This document shows positions 40,353-50,052 of a stretch of 64,000 bases of DNA, piece after piece (within the stretch, counting starts at the first letter, position 1; the number at the start of each line of letters is the position of its first letter). The stretch comes from an uncultured bacterium (GTDB taxonomy: Bacteria > Desulfobacterota_D > UBA1144 > Nemesobacterales > UBA2774). The stretch lies in assembly GCA_963705505.1 (NCBI GenBank), contig CAVPJU010000006.1:416001-480000 (forward strand), written 5' to 3'. The translations under genes were made by a program, and so were the position numbers. The notes beneath the pieces are model-generated. The model saw nothing but the letters and a program-made list of their open reading frames with translations, was not told where the DNA came from and made no database searches.

Positions 40353-41453
40353 CTAAACCCGCATCGGCATTATCACGGACAGATAAACCTCATCCCCTTC
40401 GGGCCTCAGAACAGCGGGGCTCAACTCGTCGATGAGTCCGATCTGCACCCTTTCCTCCGCTATTACCTCCAGGACATCCATCAGGTATCTAGCATTGAAC
40501 CCGAGCTCCATAGGGTCGCCGGAATAGTCGAGCGGCACCGTTTCTTTTGCCTCGCCGATCTCCGGTGAGACGGAGATCATGGTCATCCCTCCACGGTTAA
40601 TTATAAACTTCACGCTTCTCGTTTTTTCGGAAGAAAGTATCGAAACCCTCTTAAGCGCTCTCAGAAACTCGTTCCTGTCCAGCGTAAGCTTGGCCTTCGT
40701 TACCTCGGGCGTGACCTGACGGTAATCCGGAAAATCTGCGTCGATCAGCCTGGCAATGAGTATTATGTCCTCTCCCTCGGCCATGAAAAAATTATCCCCC
40801 GCGCCTATCCTAACCTTATCCGAAAGCTTGAGGACTTTTCTCAGCTCCGCCACGCCTTTTTTCGGCACTACGAAGCCCTTACTGAACTTCACCCTGCTGT
40901 CTATGTTCTTCTCTACGAGGGAAAGGCGGTGGCCGTCTGTCGCAACGAGCCTCATACTTTTGCTGCCCGCTTCCTCAAAAAAAATACCAGCCAGATTCCT
41001 TCTCAGCTCGTCTGGAGAAACGGCAAAAATAGTCTTCGATATCATTTCCTCAAGGAGCGAGCTTTCGACGGAAAAAAGGTTATCGGAATGAAGCTCCGGG
41101 ATAATGGGAAAGTCTTCGCTCGGGAGCCCGGCTATCTTGAATACCGCCGACGAAGACCTTATTTCCACCCAGTGGTTCCCTATTTCCTCGACCTCTATTT
41201 CACCCGTCTCGAGCTCTTTGATTATCTCGTAGAGCTTCCTCGCGGGGACGGCTATGCTTCCCGCCTCCGATACCTCGGCCCCCGACCACGTGCTCATGGT
41301 CGTTTCCAGATCGGTAGCCGAAATTCCGATCTTGTTTTTATCGACGTTCAGGAGGACGTGCGAGAGAACGGGCATTGTGGCGCGTCTTTCCGAGATTCCC
41401 TGTACCAGCCCCAGCTTCAGCGAAAAGTCTTCTGCTTGAGTCTTGAACTTCAT
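40353..41453 (-). CDS. dnaN: DNA polymerase III beta clamp
   Basis: ATDLE, VATDGHRL, FPDY, GFNARY, C-terminal IMPMR. Confidence 0.98.
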   Translation of the reverse strand: MKFKTQAEDFSLKLGLVQGISERRATMPVLSHVLLNVDKNKIGISATDLETTMSTWSGAEVSEAGSIAVPARKLYEIIKELETGEIEVEEIGNHWVEIRSSSAVFKIAGLPSEDFPIIPELHSDNLFSVESSLLEEMISKTIFAVSPDELRRNLAGIFFEEAGSKSMRLVATDGHRLSLVEKNIDSRVKFSKGFVVPKKGVAELRKVLKLSDKVRIGAGDNFFMAEGEDIILIARLIDADFPDYRQVTPEVTKAKLTLDRNEFLRALKRVSILSSEKTRSVKFIINRGGMTMISVSPEIGEAKETVPLDYSGDPMELGFNARYLMDVLEVIAEERVQIGLIDELSPAVLRPEGDEVYLSVIMPMRV

Positions 41454-41469
41454 AGTATCTGCTCCTGCT

Positions 41470-41693
41470 TATAACATTGAATAGTATTATATATTTATAG
41501 TAGTAGTAATAGTAGGGCCTGTTAATTTGTTGAGAAGTACTCAAATACATCTAAAACAAACGGAATTTTATGTTCACAAACCTGTTGATAATCGGGACAA
41601 GTTATCCACGTCCATCCACAGGGTATCTCTTAAAATGTAAAATCCCGCCTTTTCCACAAATGTATACACAACGTTATTCACCCTCTATCCACT
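41470..41693. other. Replication origin oriC (dnaA-dnaN intergenic): DnaA boxes, GC cluster, DnaA-trios, AT-rich DUE
   Basis: TAGTAGTAGTAATAGTAG (41498-41515), GGCC, TGTTAATTT/TGTTGAGAA; box-like 9-mers TGTTGATAA 41583, TTATCCACG 41602, CCATCCACA 41612, TTTTCCACA 41650, TTATTCACC 41674. Confidence 0.9.
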
Positions 41694-43223
41694 TATGAGA
41701 CTTTCTATCTTTCTCGAAAGCGCTTTCACCGTGTTTTCGAGTGAAGGGTCTTTGCCCATGTTGTTTTCTATTTTCTTCACGGCGTGGATTACGGTCGAGT
41801 GATCCTTGCCCCCGAATTTTTCCCCGATTTCGGGATAGGAGGCTCCCGTGTATCTCCTTGCGAGATACATGGTAATCTGTCTCGGTCCCGCGATGTTCTT
41901 GTGTTTCTTGTCGGATTTCAGGTCCTGGACCCTGATGCCGTAAAAGTTTGCGACTTCCCTCTGGATACTCTCGATGCTCAGAAACTTCTTGTCCTGATGT
42001 TTAAGTATGGTTTTGAGCACTTCCTTTGCGAGGTCTAGGGTAATCTCGGTTTTGAGCAGTTTCGCGTGAGCGATGATGTTCGTCAGAGTGCCCTCGAGCT
42101 CCCTGATATTGGAAGTCGTATTCTGAGCCAGATATAAAGCGACATCGTTCGGAAGCGGCGTCCCGCCGGACTCGACTTTGTTCTTGATGATTGCGATCCT
42201 CGTCTCGGTTTCCGGAGGCTGTATATCGGTTATGAGGCCCCATTCGAACCTCGACCGGAGCCTTTCCTCGAGGTATGACATATCCTTCGGGGACTTATCG
42301 CTTGTGAGCACTATCTGCTTTTTTGATTCATAGAGGGTGTTGAACGTATGGAAGAATTCTTCCTGCGTGCTCTCCTTTCCGGCGATGAATTGTATATCGT
42401 CGATCAGGAGCACGTCGCAGCCGAACCTGTACCTGTTTCTGAACTCTTCCATCTTATTGGACTTTATGCTGTTTATCACCTGGTTCGTAAAATGCTCTGC
42501 GGAGATGCAGCAAACCCTGGCCATATTGGATGTGGATTTGATGATGTGATTACCGATGGCGTTGATGAGATGGGTTTTTCCGAGACCCACGCCTCCGTAA
42601 ATGAAGAGGGGGTTGTAGGCTTCGCCCGGTTTTCTTGCAACCGCGGTCGAAGCGGCGTGCGCAAACTGATTGCTCGGTCCGACTATGAACCTGTCGAATG
42701 TGTAATTGGGGTTTAATACTCCCGTGAAAAGCTTGCCGGGTCCCGAATTTTTCGAATCTCTGGGTTCGTCGCCGGTATTTTTTTCTTCAGGGGGGACCTT
42801 TTTGTCCTGCTCCGTGATTATGGTTACGGCTGTATTTTTTCCGTAGACTTCTTTTATCGTATCCCCGATGAATTCGAGATAGTGATTATTTATCCAGTCT
42901 CTGTCGAAGTCGCTGTTTGCCCGGAGCGTCAACGAATCTTCGGTTTCGGAAACAGGCTTAAGCGGCGCAAACCAGAAAAAAACCTGCGGGTTTGACTTCT
43001 TTTTTATTCTTTCGAGAACCCGGTCCCAGACTATAGTCTTTTGCGCCCGGTCTTCGCCGGTCTGGTGGGATTTGCTCGGTCGTAGAGACTGTCCTATAAA
43101 AAATTCGAGTCCCTTTCCGTCGTCTTTTTTTCCCGTAAAAAGTGTTCTAAGGTTATGTTTCAGGGGCGTTCTTTTAGCGGCCAATTTCCTCTGCTCCTCC
43201 AAGTCGAAAGACAACTCTTCCAC
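41685..43223 (-). CDS. dnaA: Chromosomal replication initiator DnaA
   Basis: YTFDRF.VG.SN, NPLFIYGGVGLGKTHL, LLIDDIQF, RL.SRF.WGL, GG.DHSTV.HA; start is GTG 43223 or TTG 43184. Confidence 0.98.
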   Translation of the reverse strand: MEELSFDLEEQRKLAAKRTPLKHNLRTLFTGKKDDGKGLEFFIGQSLRPSKSHQTGEDRAQKTIVWDRVLERIKKKSNPQVFFWFAPLKPVSETEDSLTLRANSDFDRDWINNHYLEFIGDTIKEVYGKNTAVTIITEQDKKVPPEEKNTGDEPRDSKNSGPGKLFTGVLNPNYTFDRFIVGPSNQFAHAASTAVARKPGEAYNPLFIYGGVGLGKTHLINAIGNHIIKSTSNMARVCCISAEHFTNQVINSIKSNKMEEFRNRYRFGCDVLLIDDIQFIAGKESTQEEFFHTFNTLYESKKQIVLTSDKSPKDMSYLEERLRSRFEWGLITDIQPPETETRIAIIKNKVESGGTPLPNDVALYLAQNTTSNIRELEGTLTNIIAHAKLLKTEITLDLAKEVLKTILKHQDKKFLSIESIQREVANFYGIRVQDLKSDKKHKNIAGPRQITMYLARRYTGASYPEIGEKFGGKDHSTVIHAVKKIENNMGKDPSLENTVKALSRKIESLISG

Positions 43224-43331
43224 AATCCATCAACAACCTGTGGATAGTTATGTAATTAGTTTTAGTATGTGAAATAAGCCCCACCCAAATCCGTAGGTTA
43301 CATCCTAACAGATGGAAAAATATATTGTCAA
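43216..43331 (-). promoter_or_regulatory. dnaA promoter with DnaA boxes (autoregulation or second oriC part)
   Basis: Minus strand TTGACA-N18-TAGGAT with extended TG; TGTGGATAG 43239-43247 and two weaker boxes at 43216 and 43227. Confidence 0.6.
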
Positions 43332-43503
43332 GTATTATTTTTTTATCCTTAAATGACTGCTCGTTACGTTTTATTCTTCAAGATATGATTGCCCCGGCAT
43401 CTAATGACCGGCGGGGCTTAAACCGGACGCAACCATTCGGGGAGTATTGAGAATTTTAAGGGCCGAGGAAGGAAAATTTTTAGCCGGGATCGCAAAAGAG
43501 CCG

Positions 43504-44796
43504 TTAAACAGGGCGTTTATCGAGTGCGTCGCTCACGCCCTTTTCGACATCGACGCGGCTTAGTATGAGGGCGCCTGCTATGAAGAACGAAATGAGAGAA
43601 AAAATGCTGAGCCGGCTCGTCCCGGTCAACTGTGAAACAAGGGCGAATACGAGGGGGCCGATTATACCCGCAAACTTCGAGCTCATACCGTAGAACCCGA
43701 AGAATTCCGCTGTTTTGTCCCCGGGAATCATCGACCCGTAAAGAGAGCGGCTCAACGCCTGTGTACCCCCCTGGACAGTCCCCACGAGGAATGCGAGGAT
43801 AAAGAAATGAAGGGCTGTCTGCATGAAATACCCGGCAACCGAAATTACGGCGTAAACAAAAAGCCCCAGCATTATCGAATTCTTTGTACCTATATGGCGG
43901 GCCAGTATTCCGAAGGCAAAAGAGAAGGGGATTCCGACGAACTGGGTCATAAGCAGCGCTCCTATGAGCGCGCCCTGACTTATCCCTATCTCGGCCCCGT
44001 AGATGGTCGCCATCTTGATAATCGTCCCAATCCCGTCGTTATAAATCCAGAAGGCGGCCAGAAATAAAAAGAGCTCCTTATAGCTCCTAAGCTCTGAAAA
44101 TGTGACGGAGAGTCTTTTAAATCCGGCAGTCAGAATATTGCCGTCAGTTTTCTTTTTTTTTCCGACGGCGGGTTCCTTCACATTTAAAATGAAGGGTATA
44201 GTAAATACCGCCCACCAGACGGAGACGGTTATGAATGAGATGCGCGTGGCAAGCGCCTTATCCGACATGAGCTTGATCAGACCGATATCCAGAGCGAGCA
44301 GTATCCCTCCTCCCAGGTATCCGAGCGCGTATCCCTTGACCGAGACGCGGTCGATCTCTTCGGGACCGGCGATACTGGGGAGAATCGCGTTGTAAAAAAC
44401 CTCGGACATCGAAAACCCTATGTTCCCGAGTATGAAAAAAACGGATGCCAGGAGCCAATCCCCGGTCGTAATGTAGTAAAGAAGCGCGGTCGCAAGTATC
44501 CCCACAGCGGCGAATATGAGGAGGAGCCTCTTCTTGGTACCCGAGTAATCCGCAATCGCTCCCATCACGGGAGCCAGCAGGACGGACACGAGAAGCGCTA
44601 TAACGGTCGTATAACCCCAGTACACCGTGGCGGTGTTGCCCGGGAGGTTTGCGGCAGCCACCTGGCTGTAGTAGACGGGGAGGACGGCTGATATCACGAT
44701 AGTGGCAAACGAAGAATATGCCCAGTCGTACAGGCACCAGCCGAGAACCTCTCTATTATTTTTCTTCCCGCCGGCTCCGCCTGATCTATCGCTCAT
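43504..44796 (-). CDS. MFS transporter (UMF1/ATG22-like)
   Basis: W.LYDWA.S.F, G.IADY, GY.LGYLGG, GG.QALSRS, EFFGFY. Confidence 0.9.
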   Translation of the reverse strand: MSDRSGGAGGKKNNREVLGWCLYDWAYSSFATIVISAVLPVYYSQVAAANLPGNTATVYWGYTTVIALLVSVLLAPVMGAIADYSGTKKRLLLIFAAVGILATALLYYITTGDWLLASVFFILGNIGFSMSEVFYNAILPSIAGPEEIDRVSVKGYALGYLGGGILLALDIGLIKLMSDKALATRISFITVSVWWAVFTIPFILNVKEPAVGKKKKTDGNILTAGFKRLSVTFSELRSYKELFLFLAAFWIYNDGIGTIIKMATIYGAEIGISQGALIGALLMTQFVGIPFSFAFGILARHIGTKNSIMLGLFVYAVISVAGYFMQTALHFFILAFLVGTVQGGTQALSRSLYGSMIPGDKTAEFFGFYGMSSKFAGIIGPLVFALVSQLTGTSRLSIFSLISFFIAGALILSRVDVEKGVSDALDKRPV

Positions 44797-44894
44797 GTGT
44801 TTTACCGAGTCGTTTCGGAAGGGCTTTATGCTTTGACTCTGTATCTGTCCAGTATTATTATTGGAAAACGTATAAAAGTGAAGAAAAGATCTAT

Positions 44895-45068
44895 ATGAAA
44901 GGTCTCGTTATCTTTCTAATCCTATGGACGCCGCTTTGTTTATTTATCATGTATCAGCTCCCCGAGGGGTTCGATGCAAAGAGCAGGCTCAACCTCGGGG
45001 TCATTGTATGGCTCATAGGCGGGCTTCTGGGATTTTATTATCTCGTGGCCAGAAAGTGGAGATATTGA
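44895..45068 (+). CDS. Small two-helix membrane protein (57 aa)
   Basis: Two hydrophobic segments from the ATG at 44895; no family recognised. Confidence 0.5.
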   Translation: MKGLVIFLILWTPLCLFIMYQLPEGFDAKSRLNLGVIVWLIGGLLGFYYLVARKWRY

Positions 45069-45327
45069 TGATTTTTTTCCCTTCAATGCTCACAGTTTGA
45101 TATTCCGTTAATCACTTCAGATTATTGGAACTGACGGGGGAAATAACGGAACAGCGAATACGCACAATATGAACGGTTTAAGGGTTCGGGTGTAGATGGT
45201 AATTATTCCCAAATGATAATTACTTGAAATTAGTCCCGATTTATGAGATAATTTTAATGTTAATTTGGCTACAGAATTAAGTTTTTTGTGCATTTAAGGC
45301 ACTATACCAGATCCGAGCAAGGAGGCT

Positions 45328-45819
45328 ATGATGCTTAGCAAAGAAATTCAGGACGCCTTGAATAATCAGATAAAGAACGAGTATTTCGCGTCTTATACGT
45401 ATCTATCAATGGCTGCGCACTGCGAATCTATAAATTTGAGGGGTTTTGCAAAGTGGCTCAGGAAACAGAGTCAGGAAGAGCTCGGGCACGCGATGAAACT
45501 CTTCGATTATGTCATCGACAGGGACGCCCATGTGATCCTTCAAGCCATCGAAAAACCGCAATCAAAATTTAAGTCGCTTTCCGATATGTTCCAGCAGGTG
45601 CTTGACCACGAGAGGGAAGTAACCGGGATGATAAACAAGCTCTATGAAAAGGCGATAAATGAAAATGACCATGCGACTACCGTCGAGCTTCATTGGTTTA
45701 TTCGCGAGCAGGTGGAAGAGGAAAAGAACGCGACTGAGATTCTGGATAAACTGAAACTGGCGGGGGATAACAGCTCTGCCCTTCTCCTTTTGGACGGTCA
45801 GCTGGGACAAAGAGCTTAG
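45328..45819 (+). CDS. Non-heme ferritin
   Basis: LN.QI..E, Y.YLSMA, EE..HA.K, HE..VT, WF..EQVEEE ferroxidase residues. Confidence 0.95.
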   Translation: MMLSKEIQDALNNQIKNEYFASYTYLSMAAHCESINLRGFAKWLRKQSQEELGHAMKLFDYVIDRDAHVILQAIEKPQSKFKSLSDMFQQVLDHEREVTGMINKLYEKAINENDHATTVELHWFIREQVEEEKNATEILDKLKLAGDNSSALLLLDGQLGQRA

Positions 45820-45909
45820 TTCGCACTTTATTCATTCTGCACCTAAATGAAGGAAGAGGGTTTCCGCATGACCACCGCATGAGCAGTCCTGCGCGACCCG
45901 GAAAACACA

Positions 45910-46521
45910 GTGCCTCTAAAATTCGAGTTCTGGTATGATTTCGCAAGTACTTATTCCTACATCTCCGCATTCAGAATCGAAGCCCCGGCTTTAGACGCTG
46001 GCATAGAGGTTGAATGGAAGCCTTTTCTCCTCGGACCGATTTTCAAGAGCCAGGGATGGGACACTTCTCCCTTTAATATCTACGCGGCCAAGGGCAGGTA
46101 CATGTGGCGGGACGTCGAGCGCCTGTGCGATAAGTACCGCATCCCTTTCAATAAGCCCTCTCAATTTCCGAGAAACAGTGTTTTAGCTTCGAGAATCGCC
46201 TTGTTCGGAGAGCACCAGGACTGGGGCAGGGAGTTTTCGAAACTGGTCTATCGTTTTAATTTTGCGGAGGATAAAGATATTTCGGATGAAGGAGTGATTT
46301 CCACCATTCTGGATTCGATCGGACAGGACCCGGCGCGAATAATTGCAGGTTCGGCTTCGGGGGAGAATAAGAATAAGCTGCGTAAACAGACGGAGGAGGC
46401 GGTTGGCAAGGGAATCTTCGGAGCCCCTGCGTTTATGATTGGAGACGAGCTCTTCTGGGGGAACGACAGGCTCGAAGACGCTCTTGATTGGTTTAAGCGC
46501 TGCCGGGAGCGTAAGGAGTGA
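45910..46521 (+). CDS. 2-hydroxychromene-2-carboxylate isomerase / kappa-GST (DsbA family)
   Basis: FWYDFASTYSY, W.PFLLG.IF, G.FGAP.F....ELFWGNDRL. Confidence 0.9.
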   Translation: MPLKFEFWYDFASTYSYISAFRIEAPALDAGIEVEWKPFLLGPIFKSQGWDTSPFNIYAAKGRYMWRDVERLCDKYRIPFNKPSQFPRNSVLASRIALFGEHQDWGREFSKLVYRFNFAEDKDISDEGVISTILDSIGQDPARIIAGSASGENKNKLRKQTEEAVGKGIFGAPAFMIGDELFWGNDRLEDALDWFKRCRERKE

Positions 46522-46661
46522 TCCGGATGTCGGTTCGGGGAATTTCATTCTTCAAAACCGGGCGGGGAAAATATCGTTAACCCGCCCGGATAATCGTACT
46601 CAAATTCGTCCATCAATAATTTATACTATCAGGAATAAAATTTTGAAAAGGACAGCTCGCA

Positions 46662-47570
46662 TTGACCCGCCGCGCCGTACGGAATCTGTCGAAGTTAATA
46701 CTGATCTGCATCGTCCAGTCGATCCTGCTATTCCAGATATGCGCAAGCGAGGACGCATACGCCTGTAATAAGCACTTTATATGGAAGGTAAGCTCGGGCT
46801 CCAATACCCTGTATATAATGGGCTCGCTGCACCTGCTGACAAAGGACAGTTATCCGCTGAATGAAGCGTATATGAATGCGTTCGATCGCTCGGACGTGAT
46901 AGTGTTTGAAGTCGATCCCGGGACGCTCGAGAAGCCCGAGACGATGAGAATGATGCTTTCGAAGGCTACGCTAAAGGGGGATAAGACGCTCGATCGTGTT
47001 TTGTCCGGCAAGACGTATAAGCTGACCGGGGACAAACTGAAGGAGCTCGGAGCCGATATACAGGTGTACAACAAGTCCGAGCCCTGGTTTGTCGCGATTT
47101 CGCTCGGAGTATTGAAGCTCAAGAGCCTCGGGCTCGAGGGGGATGAGGGGGTCGACAAATATTTTTATGATAGGGCTCTACAGTCCGGGAAAAAAGTGAA
47201 GGGTCTCGAGACGGCCGAGTTCCAGGTCGACCTGCTGGCAAAAGCCGGAGGCGCGAACCAGGAGGAGCTGCTGCTTCAGACGTTAAAGGACCTCGACGTC
47301 ATGGAACATGAGTTCAATGAGATCGTTGATTCCTGGGACAGCGGGGACACGGAAAGGCTCGAGGCCGCGATGCTCGAGAGCTACAACGACTATCCCCTGA
47401 TCTATGAAGAGCTTATCGGTCAAAGGAATAAGACCTGGCTTTCGGAAATCGAAAGATATCTCGGGCTCAACGAAAACTATCTCGTAGTAGTCGGCTCAGG
47501 GCACCTCGTCGGGAAAGAGGGACTCATAAACCTTCTCAGGCAGAGGGGTTATAAGGTCGAACAGATGTAG
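46662..47570 (+). CDS. TraB/GumN family protein
   Basis: Signal-like N-terminus, LY..GS.H, GLET...Q, RN..W, VVG.GHL.G..G. Confidence 0.9.
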   Translation: MTRRAVRNLSKLILICIVQSILLFQICASEDAYACNKHFIWKVSSGSNTLYIMGSLHLLTKDSYPLNEAYMNAFDRSDVIVFEVDPGTLEKPETMRMMLSKATLKGDKTLDRVLSGKTYKLTGDKLKELGADIQVYNKSEPWFVAISLGVLKLKSLGLEGDEGVDKYFYDRALQSGKKVKGLETAEFQVDLLAKAGGANQEELLLQTLKDLDVMEHEFNEIVDSWDSGDTERLEAAMLESYNDYPLIYEELIGQRNKTWLSEIERYLGLNENYLVVVGSGHLVGKEGLINLLRQRGYKVEQM

Positions 47571-47713
47571 GAGAGAGCACAGGAGCCGACTTTTGAAGCT
47601 CGTCCCATTAAAGAGAAGGGACGCAGCAGGCGTGCATATATTATTCTAATTCGAGGGTTCGTCCGTATAATATTCATATGCATATGCATGAATAAGCCGA
47701 GGAGGTAATTCCG

Positions 47714-48181
47714 ATGACCGTAAAAGAGCTTGTCCTGAATGCCATAACCCCGTCACCGCTATTTCTCATAGAATTGCCCAATACCAAGTGCAGGATTATT
47801 AAAAATAATGATTCCAGGGTCTATTGCGGTGTATATCCGCTAATCGGCGGTTTGTTCAGAAAGGATATTGAGGAAACAAAAAAATTCGGCAGAGCTATGT
47901 GCGATGAAGTCGCTCAAAAAATGGATAACCATGGATTTTTTACTACGGACGAAACGCCTGAATACGGAATTTCTTACGGAATATCCGAGGAAGAATATCA
48001 AAAAATATTCGAGCAGACCGGCGCTTCGCCGGATCGTCACCTTGTCGTCATGTTCGCATACCCGGAAAGAGAAGCGCTTGAGACTCAGACTTGCTTCGAG
48101 GAGCTCCTGAGAAAAACTTATTTGAAATACAGGATGGAAGACGCGGGCGCTGCTTCCCGCTTTGAGTTCCTTTACGAATAG
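47714..48181 (+). CDS. Hypothetical protein resembling the GatE insertion (AspRS-like GAD) domain
   Basis: NTKCRII...GGLF.KDI...KKFG...GFFTTDE.PEYGI.EEE pattern; GGAGG RBS. Confidence 0.55.
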   Translation: MTVKELVLNAITPSPLFLIELPNTKCRIIKNNDSRVYCGVYPLIGGLFRKDIEETKKFGRAMCDEVAQKMDNHGFFTTDETPEYGISYGISEEEYQKIFEQTGASPDRHLVVMFAYPEREALETQTCFEELLRKTYLKYRMEDAGAASRFEFLYE

Positions 48182-48194
48182 AATTGACAAAGGT

Positions 48195-49074
48195 TTAGAT
48201 CGACGAAAAGAATTTTAAGAGCTCGTCGGATACGTCTTCCGGTTTTTCCTCGGGAAGGAAATGGCCGCAGTCGAGCGCACGTCCTTGGACGTTCACAGCT
48301 TTTTCTTTCCACGTATCGATTACATCGTAAGTCCTGTGTATGAACCCCTTGCCTCCCCACAGCACTAAAAGCGGGCAAGCGATCTTTTTATCGAAGTCTT
48401 CCTCATCGTGTACGAGGTCTATTGTCGCCGCCGCCCTGTAATCCTCGCAGCTCGCGTGAATAGCGGCGGGGTCGCTGAAGCACCTCACGTATTCACTCAC
48501 GGCATTTTCATCGAACCGGGCGCCGGGCGCGCTCCAGCGTCTGAGCTTTTCTTTGAGATAATATTCCGGATCGCACCCGATCATTTTTTCAGGGAGGTTG
48601 TCGGGCTGGATTAAGAAGAACCAGTGGTAGTAGCCTGTCGCGAACGCCTTGTCCGCGCCCTTGAACATCGTATGCGTGGGAGCGATGTCCATGACGCAAG
48701 CGGCTTCTATGCGGTCCGGATAGTCAAGAGCCATCCTGTGCGTTACCCTTCCTCCCCTGTCGTGCCCTGCCGCGAAGAAGCTCTTATATCCGAGGGATTC
48801 CATTACCTCGACGCAGTCCCTTGGCCATAGCGCGCTTGGAATACGTGTGGTGGTCGGGAGAGGATTCGGGCTTCGAGCTGTCCCCGTAGCCTCTTAAGTC
48901 CATGCATACGACGTGGAAGTTTTCCGCGAGCCCGGGCGCGGTCCTGTGCCACATCACGTGCGTCTGAGGGTATCCGTGGAGCAGCAGGAGGGGCCTGCCC
49001 TTTCCCCCGTGGACGAGATTGATTACTGCGCCCGAGGTTTCGATTTTAGTCTTTTGGAATTTGTCGTCGAACAT
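48195..49074 (-). pseudogene. Haloacetate (fluoroacetate) dehalogenase-like alpha/beta hydrolase, frameshifted (probably a sequencing indel)
   Basis: [43 protein letters not shown]; removing one base from CCC at 48818-48820 joins the halves ([14 protein letters not shown]). Confidence 0.88.
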
Positions 49075-49126
49075 GACGGTCGATCACCGACTGGGAAATT
49101 GCAATTACCTCTATTCAATTTTGACG

Positions 49127-50008
49127 CTATATATTGTTTCTGTCGAGCGACCTGTACTGTATCGCTTCGGATATGTGGTGAGCGAGGACGGTTTCGGAGC
49201 CTTCGAGGTCGGCGATAGTGCGGGAGACTTTCAATATTCTGTCATAGGCCCTTGCGCTCAAGCCGAGTTTATCAATCGCGGTCTCGAGCAGCTTTATCCC
49301 TTTCTCATCCGGTCTCGATGCTTTCCTGACCATTGACGGAGACATCTGGGAATTCGAGTGAATTTTGCTCCTCTTGAACCTCGCCTTCTGTATCTCCCTC
49401 GCGCGGTTGACGCGGCTCTTGATCGGGGACGAGCTTTCCCCTCCCGCTTCGTCGGCGAGCTCCTTATACCTCACGGGCGGGACTTCTATGTGTATATCTA
49501 TCCTGTCGAGGAGCGGTCCGGAGACCTTCGCCCTGTATTTCTGTATCTGTATGGGCGAGCAGGTGCACTCTTTTTGCAGATCGCCGTGATACCCGCATGG
49601 GCATGGGTTCATCGCCGCGACCAGCATGAAGTTGGCGGGGTATGTGATCGAAGTGGACGCCCTCGATATCGTCACCATGCCGTCCTCGAGAGGCTGGCGC
49701 ATTACTTCGAGGACATTCTTCCTGAATTCCGGGAGCTCGTCGAGAAAAAGGACGCCGTTATGCGCGAGGCTCACCTCGCCCGGCTTAGGGATCGCGCCCC
49801 CGCCTATGAGCCCGGCGTCGCTTATCGTGTGGTGAGGGGAGCGGAAGGGCCTCGTCGCGTATAGCGATGAATGGTTGGGGAGAAGGCCCGACACGGAGTA
49901 TATCTTCGTCGTCTCCAGCGCTTCCTCGAAGCTCATATCGGGGAGTATGGTGGGGAGTCTCCGGGCGAGCATCGTTTTCCCCGTGCCGGGGGAGCCAATC
50001 ATGAGCAC
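49127..50008 (-). pseudogene. comM: comM (YifB Mg-chelatase-like AAA+ ATPase), 3' fragment
   Basis: [12 protein letters not shown]alker [39 protein letters not shown]. Confidence 0.95.
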
Positions 50009-50052
50009 ACATGATCTCTTAAACTCCAGATAATCAAGAAATGGTTCATCTG

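Noticed and set aside
14969..48820. Programmed ribosomal frameshifting or phase variation at the five split genes
   Set aside because: No slippery heptamers or long homopolymer tracts; the pattern fits sequencing indels better
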